Part shown: positions 61,781 through 64,000 of the stretch, one piece after another
How the letters are laid out: each line of letters starts with the position of its first letter
Numbering within the stretch: position 1 is the first letter of the stretch
Source of the DNA: Nostoc sp. DedSLP01
Lineage (GTDB): Bacteria > Cyanobacteriota > Cyanobacteriia > Cyanobacteriales > Nostocaceae
Assembly (NCBI GenBank): GCA_034530875.2
Contig: JAVRCJ020000023.1
Location: 66,778 to 130,777 of the forward strand
Length of the DNA: 64,000 nt
Direction of reading: 5' to 3'
Notes under the pieces: model-generated
Told to the model about the DNA's origin: nothing
The model's database searches: none
What the model saw: only the letters and a program-made list of their open reading frames with translations
Made by a program: the position numbers and the translations under genes

Positions 61781-63367
61781 CTAAGCTACCGCTTCAGCTT
61801 TTTCTTTCACTGGTGGCACATAAGGTTTTTCTGCACCTTGCGCCAGATATTCTGCTAACTGACTCTCAATTTGATCGCGGACAATTTGGCGATATTCAAG
61901 AAAATGCTCGTTATGGGCACAAGCAGAAAGGTAATGTTCAACAACTCCAGGATTACGCTTGAGAATGCTAAATAAATGATGCCAGAATTTCCAACGGGTT
62001 TCGCGTTTGATTCCTTGTCGCCAAATCACAAGTAACAAGGCTTTGACAACTACCCACTCTGGCATTTTGGCTGGTGCTTTCCAACTTGGTAAACCCATCA
62101 TCAAGAAGCAGCGGTAGGTGCGATCCAAGTATTTAACTGGGTCGTATAAAGTACAAAACGCCTCAACATATTCTCTGGCAAGTTCTTCTAAAGGACGGGT
62201 GGGAAGGAAGTTCATCAATGTTGTTTGGTTGATGTTGCCATCTTGATTTTCCCGGAGTCGTCCTTCTTTTTTCAGGCGATGCCACAGGGCGGTATTGGGT
62301 AACGCTTGCAACATCGCAAAGGTAGTAGAAGGAATTGCTGCTTCTTCTGCAAAACGGACAATGCGATCGCCCGCACCTGCTTTTTCGCCATCAAATCCAA
62401 TAATAAACCCAGCCATCGGGCGCAATCCAGCTTTGATGATGGTTTGCACCGCATCAGTTAACGAATTGCGAGTATTTTGGAATTTTTTAGTAAGTTGCAA
62501 ACTGTCTTCATCTGGTGTTTCAATGCCCAAAAACACCGCCGAGAAACCGCACTCAACCATCAACTCCAACATTTCTGCGTCTTGTGCCAAGTCAACTGAA
62601 GCTTCAGTGTCAAATCGGAAGGGATATTGATGTTCAGCCATCCAAACTTTTAACTCTTTAAGCAACAATTTCACATTGCGTTTGTTGCCAATGAAGTTAT
62701 CATCCACCATGAACACACCCCGCCGCCAACCCAGTTCATAGAGGTAGTCTAATTCTGCTAAAAGTTGCGACGGGGTTTTAGTACGTGGTTTGCGACCGTA
62801 GAGAACAATGATGTCACAAAATTCGCACTGGAAGGGACACCCGCGCGAAAATTGCACGGACATCATGTCATAAGCATCCAATTCTAATAAATCAAAGCGG
62901 GGTATTGGTGTAGTTGTGACATCTGGTTTTTCTGCGGTGCGGAAAGTGCCAGAAGTTTCTCCCCGTTGCACTGCTTCCACAAACATCGGCAATGTGATTT
63001 CCCCTTCATCCAAAATCAGGAAATCTGCACCCACATTTTGCACTTCGTGAGGTACGGAAGTCGGGTAAGGGCCGCCGACTGCAACCAACTTACCGCGGCG
63101 CTTGGCTTCTTGAATTTGGTCGAGTAAATCTTGTTTTTGGACAATCATCGCTGAGAAGATGACTAAATCTGCCCACGCCCATTCTTCTTCTGTTGCTTGA
63201 CGAATGTTGCGGTCTACTAGCTTAAATTCCCATTCTTGGGGCAGAATTGCGGCTACTGTTACTAAACCCAGAGGTGGTAACAAAACCTTGCGATCGACTA
63301 ATTCCAAAATTTTTTCATACGACCAAAAGGTTTTGGGAAATATTGGATACACCAGCAATACTCGCAT
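61781..63367 (-). CDS. Cobalamin-binding radical SAM protein (DUF4070, HpnP-related family)
   Basis: N-terminal B12-binding (PPLGLVTVAA, VGGPY), SRGCPFQCEFC CxxxCxxC motif, C-terminal DUF4070-like region. Confidence 0.9.
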   Translation of the reverse strand: MRVLLVYPIFPKTFWSYEKILELVDRKVLLPPLGLVTVAAILPQEWEFKLVDRNIRQATEEEWAWADLVIFSAMIVQKQDLLDQIQEAKRRGKLVAVGGPYPTSVPHEVQNVGADFLILDEGEITLPMFVEAVQRGETSGTFRTAEKPDVTTTPIPRFDLLELDAYDMMSVQFSRGCPFQCEFCDIIVLYGRKPRTKTPSQLLAELDYLYELGWRRGVFMVDDNFIGNKRNVKLLLKELKVWMAEHQYPFRFDTEASVDLAQDAEMLELMVECGFSAVFLGIETPDEDSLQLTKKFQNTRNSLTDAVQTIIKAGLRPMAGFIIGFDGEKAGAGDRIVRFAEEAAIPSTTFAMLQALPNTALWHRLKKEGRLRENQDGNINQTTLMNFLPTRPLEELAREYVEAFCTLYDPVKYLDRTYRCFLMMGLPSWKAPAKMPEWVVVKALLLVIWRQGIKRETRWKFWHHLFSILKRNPGVVEHYLSACAHNEHFLEYRQIVRDQIESQLAEYLAQGAEKPYVPPVKEKAEAVA

Positions 63368-63549
63368 TTAGTATCAATCCTCACACTTTGATTATTATCC
63401 CAACTTTAACGAAAATTAAGACCTATTGACTTTTTACGAAAAACTAAAAAACACAGACAGATATTAAAAAGTTCAAGTTTCTCAAGCATTAGCACGGCAT
63501 TGCACCATCATTCCGGGAAGCCCACACTTTTATTAAGCTGAATTTTTCA

Positions 63550-63795
63550 TTAAAGAGTATGGTTTGGATCGACATCTGTGCCGACATTCCCAATGAGGAA
63601 TGCAAACGCCGAATCATCTCTAGTCTCAGTGGTTGTTGGCGATTCAAAACCTCCTCAACCTCTCTAAGTGATATTTGTTGGACTATTCCAGTCTGCACGA
63701 GATGCTTCATCATACCAAGCTTTTAGGGACTGCTTTGCATCGGGATATGTTTCCCAAAATTGCCGTAATACTATTTCACGAAATTATTGATACAA
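63550..63795 (-). pseudogene. Collapsed higBA toxin-antitoxin remnant
   Basis: - strand reads LRQFWETYPDAKQSLKAWYDEASRADWNSPTNIT* (HigB N-half), immediately followed in another frame by EVLNRQQPLRLEMIRRLHSSLGMSA (HigA HTH C-end). Confidence 0.75.
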
Positions 63796-64000
63796 ATCAT
63801 TCTTCTTGCTCCCCCTGCCTCCCCTGCTTCAAGAGCTTGCACGGCACTTGCTCCACTTGGGGACACCCCTACGTACCCGTCACTGCCTCCTAAATGTATC
63901 AATCTTAAAGTAAAACGGTATAACTGACGGGGTGACAAGGAGTCTGGAAGGACTGGTATATCAAGATGTGACGATTGTACGGTAGAAAAAGATAGGTCAA

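Noticed and set aside
61781..63367. Calling this hpnP, or linking it to the peptide cluster as a maturase
   Set aside because: The family has several cyanobacterial paralogues not separable by eye; it is over 35 kb from the precursors.

Overview
A chromosomal window from a filamentous, probably heterocyst-forming cyanobacterium (Nostocales-like). Support: frequent HIP1 GCGATCGC sites, 7-nt/9-nt tandem repeats, many small inverted-repeat elements, a CAAD-containing ValRS, crtR and ndhH. The most striking locus (about 13.3-26.4 kb, all on the - strand) is an NHLM/NHLP-type type I peptide export cluster. It has four small double-glycine-leader precursors with unrelated cores, an HlyD adaptor and a 1786-aa fusion of the two ABC transporter subunits joined by repeat-derived DNA. 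Directly behind it sits a divergent ndhH, and no RiPP-modifying enzyme is nearby. Other notable items: a two-component system with a duplicated palindromic operator in front of exported proteins and a Tat intradiol-dioxygenase-like gene; a thioester-less alpha-2-macroglobulin divergent from pbpC; an LRR-Roc-COR-TIR protein preceded by a 21/63-nt periodic non-coding tract; a crtR with a foreign-looking N-terminus; a divergent IF-3; a stress-protein cluster; and several MITE/IS/TA remnants. No rRNA, tRNA or CRISPR array was recognised. All family assignments come from recognising motifs by eye, not from database searches.
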